A stretch of DNA of 64,000 bases, taken from positions 108,182 to 172,181 of the IMG/VR virus record IMGVR_UViG_3300001533_002283; one strand, 5' to 3'. Below are positions 18,031 through 27,721 of the stretch, in pieces (position 1 is the stretch's first letter; each line of letters opens with the position of its first letter). The notes under the pieces were generated by a model. The model was not told the DNA's origin and did no database searches. It saw only the letters and a program-made list of their open reading frames with translations. The stretch is from a virus. The position numbers and the translations under genes are program-made.

Positions 18031-20190
18031 TTAAAAATACCTTACGGCCCTTCCTCTTCTGATAATTATACTAGGAACTTGTCCCAACTCTTGTTTTTTC
18101 TTTGCGGGGTCGTAAAAATAACGATAAAATACATCGCTATTTCTTACCCTCATTTTTTCATTCCCAAAACGGTAAGTAGTTTGCACGCCATTTGCGCCGA
18201 TTGAAACGGAGAAGCCGAGGAGGCCGGTTCCTAGACTAAGTGATGGCCCCTCTAAATCAATATTAGGAATGGTTAAAGTGGAGGAGAAAAACGGTTCAAT
18301 TTGACTGGTTTTTGTGCTCTCCAAAACGTCATTCGCGGCAGATGTGAAAGCTGCTTGGTTTGCGGAAGAGTTTTTATAATAATAAGCGGACGCCCCCAAC
18401 ACTTGTTCTTCCGATAAAATTTCGGATGAAAAATCATAGTAGTTTACATTAGCGGTTTCAGGGGGGGAATAAGTGGTTAATTCCGTTTTGGCCGCAACCC
18501 CTCCTTCGTTAATTCTAATACCACCGGTTTGTTGTGCGGTGAAAGTAATTGGTTGTTCTGATGGGTAACTTACTGGCTGCAAAGACTCTCCCGAAGTAAC
18601 CCCAAAATAAAATATAGGCTTTCTAACTTCATCCTCTATTCTAAAAAAATCTGTATCGTCGTCACTTCCTTCTATAATCACGTATTTACCTATGTCAAAA
18701 AGAAACTCTGTTTTTTGTGGATTCCACACTGGATCAATTTCCATTATCAAATAACCATTTGTTGGCGCATCCAAAGAACTTCCCGTGGGGGGAGTCCCTT
18801 CGTTAAGCTCAATAAATTCCCTTAGAGTCAAAGTGTCATAATCTTCAATAAACTGTTGCAATGGAGACAAATAATCTCTAAAAATATCAACATTTTTTAG
18901 CAAAATATATTCGTCATAAAATTTACCTTCTTGTCCGAAAATAGACTGAGCCCGCTCTAGGGTTGGTAATTTTTTCCAATAAAATCTCCCATAGAAGTTA
19001 GCATAAGCAGAATATATATTATATAATTGTTCAATATTTCTATTTTTACTTCCTATCTTTGCCGCTCTCCATTTGTAATTAGTCCTGCTATCATAAAAAG
19101 CCGTTCCGTCTGTAATTCTGTCTCTTACCGTGTCATTAATTTCTTCTGTGTCAATGATGTCCTTCACCTCGCTATTCACTCCGGGCGTTTCTAAGGCAAG
19201 ATTTAACAAAAGCTGGGGAACTCCATAATAGGCATATTTTGCACGTTTATCAAAGAGGGTAGTTTCCTCACCTAGTTTATAACTAGGGTCCATTGAAAAT
19301 CTTATTCTAATATTAGAAAACAAATAATCAGTAGTGTCATCATTTACGTTCGGCACGTCTTGTAACACTTCCCCGTCTTTCCCAAAAAATACTTCAACGC
19401 CTTTGGTGTAAGTGTCGCGCAACGAATGTCCATAAGAATTAGACTGGATATTGTTGGCCAGTTTTACTGATTCCGCCAAGGCTTCTACCGCGCTTAGATT
19501 TGCGGGATTTCTTAGGTCAATAAAATTAAGTTTACGATTTTCCCAGTAGAAACCCAACCCTAAATCATTACACCACGCAGACAACACCTCGCGCAATTTC
19601 CCCGCGTAATCTCGGCGGTATCTTGTGGCGGGGGCATCCAAGGCAGGAACGATATTAATAAATGTTGAAATTTTTTCCAATAATTCTGGAAAAGTATAAT
19701 CTACGTCCGTAACTTCTAATAAGTTAGATGCTTCCGCGCCGGTTGGACTCTCCCCCGGAAGAATGGTGCCCACGACCCCTTCGGTGACAGCGGCGTTTCG
19801 CGCACGTTCAGTTCCAACGACAATAGTGTTAATGTAAGATTCGCCTGTTACTCCACGGGTTTTTAACTTCACTACTCTTTTATCCAAATAAACTATCGAC
19901 TCATCAATGTAATCTACCCGTAGAGTTTTTCCACTTGGAGAATCCTCAATTTGATATTCAATAGGGAACATGTGGAGTGTTATCTTGCTCCCCACGGTAA
20001 TCGTCACGGGATTCCCCAAAGTAGTTAAATCGTTTTTATCAATATCGAATATTCCAGATTCATTAGTTACCTCAACAGATAACTCGGAAGGGGCTTCTCC
20101 AAAATTAGGGCTGTAAGAGAGAGAGTAGATATATCCGCCCCATGCGCGATTTTGACCATCTATGTTAATATTGTCGATTTTTTTAATCAT
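18031..20190 (-). CDS. Putative tail hub/central tip protein
   Basis: 719 aa; N-terminal hub-like beta region, LREVLS.WC.D.G..FYW pattern; synteny. Confidence 0.5.
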   Translation of the reverse strand: MIKKIDNINIDGQNRAWGGYIYSLSYSPNFGEAPSELSVEVTNESGIFDIDKNDLTTLGNPVTITVGSKITLHMFPIEYQIEDSPSGKTLRVDYIDESIVYLDKRVVKLKTRGVTGESYINTIVVGTERARNAAVTEGVVGTILPGESPTGAEASNLLEVTDVDYTFPELLEKISTFINIVPALDAPATRYRRDYAGKLREVLSAWCNDLGLGFYWENRKLNFIDLRNPANLSAVEALAESVKLANNIQSNSYGHSLRDTYTKGVEVFFGKDGEVLQDVPNVNDDTTDYLFSNIRIRFSMDPSYKLGEETTLFDKRAKYAYYGVPQLLLNLALETPGVNSEVKDIIDTEEINDTVRDRITDGTAFYDSRTNYKWRAAKIGSKNRNIEQLYNIYSAYANFYGRFYWKKLPTLERAQSIFGQEGKFYDEYILLKNVDIFRDYLSPLQQFIEDYDTLTLREFIELNEGTPPTGSSLDAPTNGYLIMEIDPVWNPQKTEFLFDIGKYVIIEGSDDDTDFFRIEDEVRKPIFYFGVTSGESLQPVSYPSEQPITFTAQQTGGIRINEGGVAAKTELTTYSPPETANVNYYDFSSEILSEEQVLGASAYYYKNSSANQAAFTSAANDVLESTKTSQIEPFFSSTLTIPNIDLEGPSLSLGTGLLGFSVSIGANGVQTTYRFGNEKMRVRNSDVFYRYFYDPAKKKQELGQVPSIIIRRGRAVRYF

Positions 20191-20204
20191 GGGGTGTTAT
20201 AAAA

Positions 20205-21386
20205 TTAGTAGGTCGGGAAACCAGACAGGTCTACTTCGGTGAGTTGGTAGCCGCCGCCCAACGCGGTCATCATGGCGTTGATTGCGGTTTTATGGTATCT
20301 TATTGACGTTCCAGACCCGGCACCGCCGTAGGTCCAGACTGTTAAAATAACCAGTTGATTATTTATCCAAACAAAAGCGGGATTACCACTGTCTCCTCCT
20401 ATTTTTGGTTCGTAAAATTCGATTCTTTTTTCCTTGAGCGGCGCACGAAAGCTTGAAAATCCATTAGAATCGTAAAACCAGTCGGTTACTAATGCCTTTT
20501 CTTCTTGGTCCAGCGTCAAAGCCGGAAGTGTGCGTATTGTTCCAAGTTCTGGAATGTAATTTGTCCAGTTATCTGGCAGGACCCTGGCAAAATTAATCGA
20601 GCTTGGAACGTCTGCATCTAATACACCAATAGTTATGTCAGGGTAATAAGGGCGATAATCTGGATGTGTTAATTTATTTACTAACGTGCGAGTTATAACC
20701 ACGTTGTCCATTGTTACAAACCGGACAGACGCGCCAACACCTAATTGGTAATGTGCAGCAAACACAATATGACGAGGTGAGATCAAGGTTCCTGCGCGAG
20801 TTACCCCTCCGGAGCTGTTCCAAGGACTAAAGCAAGACAGATCCCAATCAGCGCACCATACGTTAGGGTTTCTTACATACAAACTACCGGCGTGGTTCTG
20901 AGTGGTAAATATGCGCAAAGATTCGCCGGCATTCTTATTTAAAATCCTTGAGTCAACACCTGTGCTTATATGCTCGGATAAAGACCCAGCTACATACTCT
21001 TTTAGCACAAACGTGATGGCTCCGTTTACGGTAGAGAAAGTTAAGGTAAGAGAGACCGTTTTCCCTTGTGTAGAAAAGCTTAAAACAGCCACACCGTCAG
21101 AAACATGAGATACAAATCCAAGCTGATCTATTGTGGCGACCGAAGTGTTGCTGGATGAAAAAAATCCAGACGAAGAAACGCCTCCAAAAGAAAGTAAAAC
21201 TAACTGGTAGTCTGTTACCGAATCCCCGCCTGCGCTTCTAATTAAAACCGCGTCTTTATCAACTAATTCACTCACGACGCCGCCAGAGACCTGACGTAAA
21301 GTTAATGTAGGGGTAATGTTGCCCACAAACTCAAACGCAGGAACAACGCGCAATATTCGCGAGCTCGGTGATGCAACGATTTTCAT
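20205..21386 (-). CDS. Ig-like (Big2) domain fused to trypsin-like serine protease
   Basis: SSSNTSVATIDQLG.V (Big2); GTLISPRHIVFAAHY, DITIG, GGDSGNP triad. Confidence 0.8.
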   Translation of the reverse strand: MKIVASPSSRILRVVPAFEFVGNITPTLTLRQVSGGVVSELVDKDAVLIRSAGGDSVTDYQLVLLSFGGVSSSGFFSSSNTSVATIDQLGFVSHVSDGVAVLSFSTQGKTVSLTLTFSTVNGAITFVLKEYVAGSLSEHISTGVDSRILNKNAGESLRIFTTQNHAGSLYVRNPNVWCADWDLSCFSPWNSSGGVTRAGTLISPRHIVFAAHYQLGVGASVRFVTMDNVVITRTLVNKLTHPDYRPYYPDITIGVLDADVPSSINFARVLPDNWTNYIPELGTIRTLPALTLDQEEKALVTDWFYDSNGFSSFRAPLKEKRIEFYEPKIGGDSGNPAFVWINNQLVILTVWTYGGAGSGTSIRYHKTAINAMMTALGGGYQLTEVDLSGFPTY

Positions 21387-21389
21387 GGC

Positions 21390-22316
21390 TTAAACTGAAG
21401 GCGTTGCGGGCCAGTTAACCCAATCGGCAACCACTGTAATTCCTGTTTTACCTTTTATTGTTTGCCCCGCCCCTAAGGTCCAGCCAGCGGGCGTGAATGG
21501 AGCGGGTCTTAAATGAATGGTGTTTATGTTGCTTCCTGATAGCGCCTCCGAATCCAAACCGGAAAAGGGGGCATTTAAAAACAAGTCCTGAAGCGAGCAG
21601 CTGTCAAAAACTTCGTCTCCCATAGAAACAACTGAGGGTATTGACAGCAGAGCTAGAGACTCGCATCCCTGAAACGCCGAGTCGCCTAAGGTTTGAGCTG
21701 ATCTGAAATAAGCGGAAGCAAGCAAAGTTGCGTCGGCAAAAGCGCTTTGTTCTATGGTGACAACTCTGGACCCGGTTATCGTTTGAAGACTTGTTGCATC
21801 AGCAAAGGCTCCTCTACCTATAAGCTCGACAAAAGGAATACTTACACGAGTTAGATTCGAGCAGCTCTCGAAACACTCTCGACCAAGAGTTTTTAAGCGT
21901 GCGCCCCCGTAAAAGGCTAAAATTGAACTCACTCCGAAACTCGTAGACCACGAATTAGGCGTGCTTGCGAGATCGAACAGCGAAACGGTTGGAGCCGGAG
22001 AAGCCTGTAGCGTGACCGCGCTATACGGGCTGATTCCAGTCACAACGGGAAGACCATTTGAGTCTCCAAATACCAAAGAATTTATTGAGGTATCCGCCGC
22101 TATTTCATTTTCTCCCAAACTCGCAGCTTCCAAATACGCGGAGGTCCCGCCTAGCACTTGGATACGGGCGTCGATTTCGTCTGGCAGTCGTTCTGATGGT
22201 AATTCCCCCTCTGTCAAATTAGATGCGTTATTGGCTCCAATTTCCTCCCTAGCCTCCTCCCCATCCGCCGCCTTCATAAAATTATCTATTGTGGGTGATA
22301 CGATTATATTACTCAT
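21390..22316 (-). CDS. BspA-type leucine-rich-repeat protein with fibre-like N-terminal anchor
   Basis: Repeats such as IG..AF..ATSL and LGDSAFQGCESL; NASNL..G.LP..RLP at N-terminus. Confidence 0.75.
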   Translation of the reverse strand: MSNIIVSPTIDNFMKAADGEEAREEIGANNASNLTEGELPSERLPDEIDARIQVLGGTSAYLEAASLGENEIAADTSINSLVFGDSNGLPVVTGISPYSAVTLQASPAPTVSLFDLASTPNSWSTSFGVSSILAFYGGARLKTLGRECFESCSNLTRVSIPFVELIGRGAFADATSLQTITGSRVVTIEQSAFADATLLASAYFRSAQTLGDSAFQGCESLALLSIPSVVSMGDEVFDSCSLQDLFLNAPFSGLDSEALSGSNINTIHLRPAPFTPAGWTLGAGQTIKGKTGITVVADWVNWPATPSV

Positions 22317-22352
22317 AGTGTTATGCTTTATTTGTTTTTATTAAAAATTGTT

Positions 22353-24146
22353 TTACCCCACCCAATCGTCCATCACATTATTATTTACCAAACTCAAATT
22401 TTCGGCAAGAAGGTATTGGCCTGACAAAGGAGCTAGATAAGAGTGCTCTACGAAATGTTGTTTTGGGTGGCGAATGCCGTTTAGATAGTAGGAAGTAGAG
22501 TTGGGTAGAAATTTATTAGTTTTATACGCGGAAACGTCACCCGTGTTTCTTTGAAAATCTTTTCCGCTCACGAAAAGTAATTTCCCGCCCGATAAAACCG
22601 ATTGAATTTGTGAGGAAAAATTAAAGTTGGAACCCGCGACGGTATAATCTTCTCCTGAAACCAACTTTTGCCCATTTCCAAAAATTAAATCAAAATTACC
22701 CCTTGGCAAACTCGCCTCACCCGAATAATTAACTATCGCCCGATTTTGTTGGTTATTATTATCGTAGAGAAGATTATCAGAGGTAAAAACCGCCTCTTTG
22801 AAATCAAAATATTGACTGTCAACAAAGAAGTCTGCAATGCCAGATTTACCCACGTTGAAAAATTGTCCGGTCGTTTGAAAACCACTTTCCACCTGAAACA
22901 CCCCATTCAAAAACGCATTACAGTTTCCACTAGGATAGAACGAATCGGCGGAGAAATCCCCCCTAACAATATCAAACACGCCATTTTTATTCACATAGTT
23001 GACTCGTTCAGGTGAGACACTATTGTAAATTTCGCTAGATTGTGAATATAAGTCGCGCCAAGTGTAACTCACCGAATCATACCCCATCTCCATGAGTCTG
23101 CCAGTGTTAATTGCCACTCCACTTCTCTCTGGTGAGATTTGAAAATTTCCAGTAATTGGCCCATATAAGGGGAAAAATCCTGACACGGAACTTAACATTC
23201 CAAATTCAGGAGTAATAGAATAAACTGGATAAGTTGGCCCGCAACCGCCTAGTGGGCTGGCATAAAAAATAATATCGTCAGGAGTATAAAGTTCGTCATC
23301 GGGGGAAGCGAATAAATCTTCGCCCTCTCCAACACTTTTGAATCCTGAAAATTGATAAGAGAACCCGGTGATGCCCGAGGTGGGGAGGCTAGTGGCGAAC
23401 CCTACAATTCCAGTTGATACCGTTTGGCCACTAACGGCAGGGAGTAAAGTTGGATAAGAGTAAAACCCACTAACAAGTCTCGTCATCGAATTACGAGAAA
23501 GAGCGCGATTAAATCCTAAAAACCCCGCATAATACCCTGAGAAGTTTTGCGCGCCAAGTTCTGGTAGTATATTTCCACCTAAATGCCATTGATTTGAAAA
23601 TAGAAGAAAATCAGAATTTATTGAAAAATCCTCTGAAACAAATTGATGGGAATTAACATCATACCAATTTACCCCGATATTATTTAACCCTACGCTTACC
23701 CCTACCACGTTAGTTTCGGCCAAACGAGTTTCCGAAGTGAGAATTACCGGACCCGCGTTATCATAATATTGGAAGTAGAGGTGATTAGCGTCATTCACCC
23801 CGATGTTGAAACCGCTCTTGAATGCCGTGCCGGTCAACGAACTGAATAATACCCCGTTGGTTCGCGCCGTGCGAAATTTGAATAAAAACGAAAAATCAGA
23901 AGAGAAATCTGATTGAGAAACATTGTTAATCTTAATCCGGTTTTGGTTAGATGCGGAGAATAAACCAGAGTTATTTTGGGTAGCGATTAATCCCGCCGTG
24001 CCGGAATATTGAGGGTCGCCAAAAGAGACGCTATTAATAACGGTGGACGAGTGATTGGCTGGCGAAAAATCATAGAAAATCTTGAAGTTAGATTGATCTA
24101 ACCCCAAGAAATCGTAGAAATAGTTTATGCCAGTTGTAATGCTCAT
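22353..24146 (-). CDS. Tail protein with LamG/concanavalin-like domain
   Basis: FSFLF.F, GFNIGVN, HLGG...FSGY...F..ALS pattern. Confidence 0.6.
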   Translation of the reverse strand: MSITTGINYFYDFLGLDQSNFKIFYDFSPANHSSTVINSVSFGDPQYSGTAGLIATQNNSGLFSASNQNRIKINNVSQSDFSSDFSFLFKFRTARTNGVLFSSLTGTAFKSGFNIGVNDANHLYFQYYDNAGPVILTSETRLAETNVVGVSVGLNNIGVNWYDVNSHQFVSEDFSINSDFLLFSNQWHLGGNILPELGAQNFSGYYAGFLGFNRALSRNSMTRLVSGFYSYPTLLPAVSGQTVSTGIVGFATSLPTSGITGFSYQFSGFKSVGEGEDLFASPDDELYTPDDIIFYASPLGGCGPTYPVYSITPEFGMLSSVSGFFPLYGPITGNFQISPERSGVAINTGRLMEMGYDSVSYTWRDLYSQSSEIYNSVSPERVNYVNKNGVFDIVRGDFSADSFYPSGNCNAFLNGVFQVESGFQTTGQFFNVGKSGIADFFVDSQYFDFKEAVFTSDNLLYDNNNQQNRAIVNYSGEASLPRGNFDLIFGNGQKLVSGEDYTVAGSNFNFSSQIQSVLSGGKLLFVSGKDFQRNTGDVSAYKTNKFLPNSTSYYLNGIRHPKQHFVEHSYLAPLSGQYLLAENLSLVNNNVMDDWVG

Positions 24147-24164
24147 CCTTTAACCGAATGAGAT

Positions 24165-24190
24165 TACAGAAAATTTTCACCAAAACGAAA
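24165..24190 (-). promoter_or_regulatory. Putative late promoter TTTC-N17-CTGTA
   Basis: Fixed-spacing motif upstream of 24146. Confidence 0.75.
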
Positions 24191-26089
24191 TTACAGGGTG
24201 TTAATAAAGGGATAGTTCTCTCCACTAATCACCCCTTCACCGGCATAACTCCACGCGGCAGTAAAAGAAACTCCCTCGGCATTGTTTTGACCTAATGAAT
24301 AATTTTCCAAATAAATTCCTGAATAACCGCTAGAAAACCTGACGAACTCTCCACGAATTGCATTTTTAACCGCTTCGAGTGATGCACTACCAGAAGTCGC
24401 ACGATTTGGAACAGCTTCACCCGCAATGGTGAGGTTGCCCCGAGTGTTAAAACCAATGTCTGTTACCTCATATTTAGAATAAGTTTGCGTGCCGGTTTTA
24501 GAAATGAGGGGGGTCGTAGCGATTTTTCTCAATGGAGGGGTAACATCCAAAGTATAATTAAATTCTAATAAATCTGCATTGGGCGGGGGCGTCTTATCTT
24601 GGTAGGAAAAGTTGAATCCAATCGCTCCATTGAAACCGTCGTAACTTACCGATTCAGCGGTCGGATTTGGGTCAAGAAACACGCCCGTTCCCGCGTAATC
24701 TGCAAAACCTTGTGAAGCAACCACATAAGGATTAAATAACGAGTAAGTCTCCCTCACTCTATCATACCGGTTTTTTAAATCCCCGCGCCCATTTACTTCC
24801 CCATCGACTGTCACCGTGATTAAATCAACCCCACTATCTATACCAACATTATAAACCAAATTTGTTTGGTAATTAGGGTTATCATCATACGACAAATTAA
24901 AGTCTATCTTACGAGTATTCTTGTTCTCCGTAAACTGCTTTGTGAGGGGTATTGGGTTAAGTTTTACCCCTTCTGCGATTCCATAAAGTAGTGATGAATA
25001 ATAGTCAAATTCGCCCGCGCGAGTTTTAATCCGGCTAAAATCATCGTTAATCCCACCCTCAAAACTCCCTTGAATTGCGGCAGTGTTAAACCCGGCCTGA
25101 TTTCTATCGTAATCGACAGTGAAGCGTAATACCCCATAATCACAAGGGTAAAACTGGTCGCTTGTGTAAGTTTCTACTAGTGAGAAGGTTGAATCAAGAC
25201 GATTAACACTTTCTTGTTGTGATTTTAATACACCAGACGGAATACTCTTTTGAATAAACTGTGGTGCAACGTAATTAGAGAAGCCGGTTCTAGAAAGAAC
25301 AAAGTCCTGAGCGTTTTCCAAGGCATTAAATCCGGCCAAAGTTTGGATACCGCGCGCCGAAACGGTGTGAGTTATATTAATAATTCCGTCCTCGCTCTGA
25401 TCAAAAACCCATTCGTCAGAAGGGTCCAAAATTCCATAAAATCCCGAAAAGGAAGATTGCGGGTAGTAGGATAGTTCTATTTGATAAGGTAAGAGTTTTA
25501 CATAGTTCGAACTAGGAAAGTTTATATTATTAACAAAAACGTTTTCAAATGAGTTTACATCTTGTTTAACAGAAACATATCCACCCGATGCTACGGAAGG
25601 AGCGGGGGGTGTTCCGCCCGGAACTCCGGCAACTTGATAAGTGAGTCCGACTGGGCTTGCGTCTCCCGTTGTAACTGAATCATACCACAGAGAAATGAAA
25701 ATGCCGCTCCCAGAAGTGAACATCCATTTGTTAAAAGAATTGCTATATGAAAGAAAAACGTTTGCATCTATTTTTTTAAACCCGTTGTTATTTTGTATAT
25801 ACGTTCCATTAAAACCCGGGTCGCTCGCCCCGCTTACAATAACGGATTCTACCAAAACATCTTCTTGTATCTTTAGTGTTTGAAAATCTTTATTAAAACC
25901 GCTGATGATTTTATTTTGAGCGGTGGTTAAATCTGAAAAGTCACACCCCGTTAATTGACCAACAAGAGAAATTCTTTCAACACTTCCCCATCTCTCCCCA
26001 TAAGAAATATTTTCCTTGGCGCGGCCCACAAAAGGGGTCGGTTGACCGGAGAAAACATTAAGATTGTTATATGTGATGATGGTTGACAT
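24191..26089 (-). CDS. Tail-tip structural protein
   Basis: Repeated beta modules; paralog-like to 26106..27710. Confidence 0.55.
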   Translation of the reverse strand: MSTIITYNNLNVFSGQPTPFVGRAKENISYGERWGSVERISLVGQLTGCDFSDLTTAQNKIISGFNKDFQTLKIQEDVLVESVIVSGASDPGFNGTYIQNNNGFKKIDANVFLSYSNSFNKWMFTSGSGIFISLWYDSVTTGDASPVGLTYQVAGVPGGTPPAPSVASGGYVSVKQDVNSFENVFVNNINFPSSNYVKLLPYQIELSYYPQSSFSGFYGILDPSDEWVFDQSEDGIINITHTVSARGIQTLAGFNALENAQDFVLSRTGFSNYVAPQFIQKSIPSGVLKSQQESVNRLDSTFSLVETYTSDQFYPCDYGVLRFTVDYDRNQAGFNTAAIQGSFEGGINDDFSRIKTRAGEFDYYSSLLYGIAEGVKLNPIPLTKQFTENKNTRKIDFNLSYDDNPNYQTNLVYNVGIDSGVDLITVTVDGEVNGRGDLKNRYDRVRETYSLFNPYVVASQGFADYAGTGVFLDPNPTAESVSYDGFNGAIGFNFSYQDKTPPPNADLLEFNYTLDVTPPLRKIATTPLISKTGTQTYSKYEVTDIGFNTRGNLTIAGEAVPNRATSGSASLEAVKNAIRGEFVRFSSGYSGIYLENYSLGQNNAEGVSFTAAWSYAGEGVISGENYPFINTL

Positions 26090-26105
26090 GGGTGTTATTC
26101 CTAAC

Positions 26106-27710
26106 TTATATTACTTCCGCCGCATCTCTCTGGAAAGTCCAAGCCGCATTTAACGCAAATTTTTTCTCAACGGGGGAATAATTATATTGAAGAGAGTTCA
26201 CAAAAACATCTTGGCCGGTTGGAATATATTCGTTGGCGGTCGCTCTTGCATATTCTTTAACCACTTGGTAGCTATGGTCTTTGGTGAGACTAAAATCTAT
26301 GGATAAGGAGCGATTACCCAAGGTAGAGTTATCTTGAGGTTGGACGATTTCCGCCACATTATAAATCTCAAATTTGTTGAGTAGGCGGGTTGGGATACTA
26401 TCGGTCGCGTTAATCTCCCTAGTCTTAACCCCGCTCACTCCATCGTTGTGAACCGGATTATCAGAGAAAGTAAAGCCATATTGGACACTCCCATCGAATT
26501 GAGACGAGGTAGAGTTTTCCCCAACGCGTTTTAGTGTAAGAGGCACTCCAACATATCCAGTATAAACCCCATAGTTTCGCGCGAAAACATTTTCTCTCAC
26601 ACCCTGATAAAAATTCTTGGCGCGGAAATACCCGTCATTTTGCGGAACGCCATGTCCAACGATATTACCATTTTCCCTCACATTGTAATATCTGCCATCT
26701 TTTTCAATCTCATTGGTAAAACTCCAAGAGCAGCCACTAATTTGAGACGGGTCGTTAGTGTAGGAGATGTTATACTCGGCAGTGTTGGCGAAATGATTAA
26801 GTGATTGGGAATAAGAGAGATAGCCGGTATAAAGAGGATGCGCGCCGATGTCGGAATAATCGGTGAAGAGTTCATTACATCTTGAATAAGAACCACTTAC
26901 GATAGAATCTACCAACTGTGGTAACTTGTTAAAATTCACCATGTTAAGATTCCCACTAATGTTTTTTACGCTGCCATTTTCGCCCACCACGGCAATCCCA
27001 TCGGAGCCAAGGTTAAAAGAATTGGTTCTGGTAAATAAAAACCCACTAGTGTTCTTCGGGCGGGTATAAGTCTCGGTGAATGAACACTGATTGGTTATAA
27101 TATTGTAGGACTCATTATAGATTTTGAATCCAATATCTTGATTTTCCTCAAAAGAAAGTTCACCAAGAGGAACGTTACTAGCGATAAGACTCGCGGCGAA
27201 AGATTTAGCGAGGTCGATTGGCGAGATGAGCAGTCCGTTTCCACTATTTAGTTTTAATGAGACGTTGTGAGTGTAACCGTAAGTCTCCCCGTCACGATTA
27301 TAAGAAAAAACTTCACTTAAATTATCAATTAAATCGTAGCGATTGCCAGAAGACGGTGCGATTCCACTGTAGTAGGCTCCGCTCAGGTTAAAAAGATTGC
27401 CAGTTTCGTAGCAAATTATACTCGCGGAGTAAGACTTTAACCTAACATCATTTCCCTCGGAAAAGTTAATTGAGGTGATTTTACCTTGGCCGAAATCGTA
27501 TCCATTGATGATAACGCTGGAATAGTCTTCGTCGGTTGAGAATAAATCGTTGATACCACTCTGAATGCCAGAAACGCCCTCGGTGTTGCCCACATCACGA
27601 ACAACACCCTCCACCGTTAAACTCTTTTGATTTTGGTAACGAAAAGATTCTCCAAAAAATTGTGAAGTTTGGTTGTAAGAGAGGATGGAAGCGTTGGAGA
27701 GGTTTAGCAT
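26106..27710 (-). CDS. Distal-tail-like structural protein
   Basis: Immediately follows tape measure; repeated beta modules. Confidence 0.55.
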   Translation of the reverse strand: MLNLSNASILSYNQTSQFFGESFRYQNQKSLTVEGVVRDVGNTEGVSGIQSGINDLFSTDEDYSSVIINGYDFGQGKITSINFSEGNDVRLKSYSASIICYETGNLFNLSGAYYSGIAPSSGNRYDLIDNLSEVFSYNRDGETYGYTHNVSLKLNSGNGLLISPIDLAKSFAASLIASNVPLGELSFEENQDIGFKIYNESYNIITNQCSFTETYTRPKNTSGFLFTRTNSFNLGSDGIAVVGENGSVKNISGNLNMVNFNKLPQLVDSIVSGSYSRCNELFTDYSDIGAHPLYTGYLSYSQSLNHFANTAEYNISYTNDPSQISGCSWSFTNEIEKDGRYYNVRENGNIVGHGVPQNDGYFRAKNFYQGVRENVFARNYGVYTGYVGVPLTLKRVGENSTSSQFDGSVQYGFTFSDNPVHNDGVSGVKTREINATDSIPTRLLNKFEIYNVAEIVQPQDNSTLGNRSLSIDFSLTKDHSYQVVKEYARATANEYIPTGQDVFVNSLQYNYSPVEKKFALNAAWTFQRDAAEVI

Positions 27711-27721
27711 GGCGTGGTATA

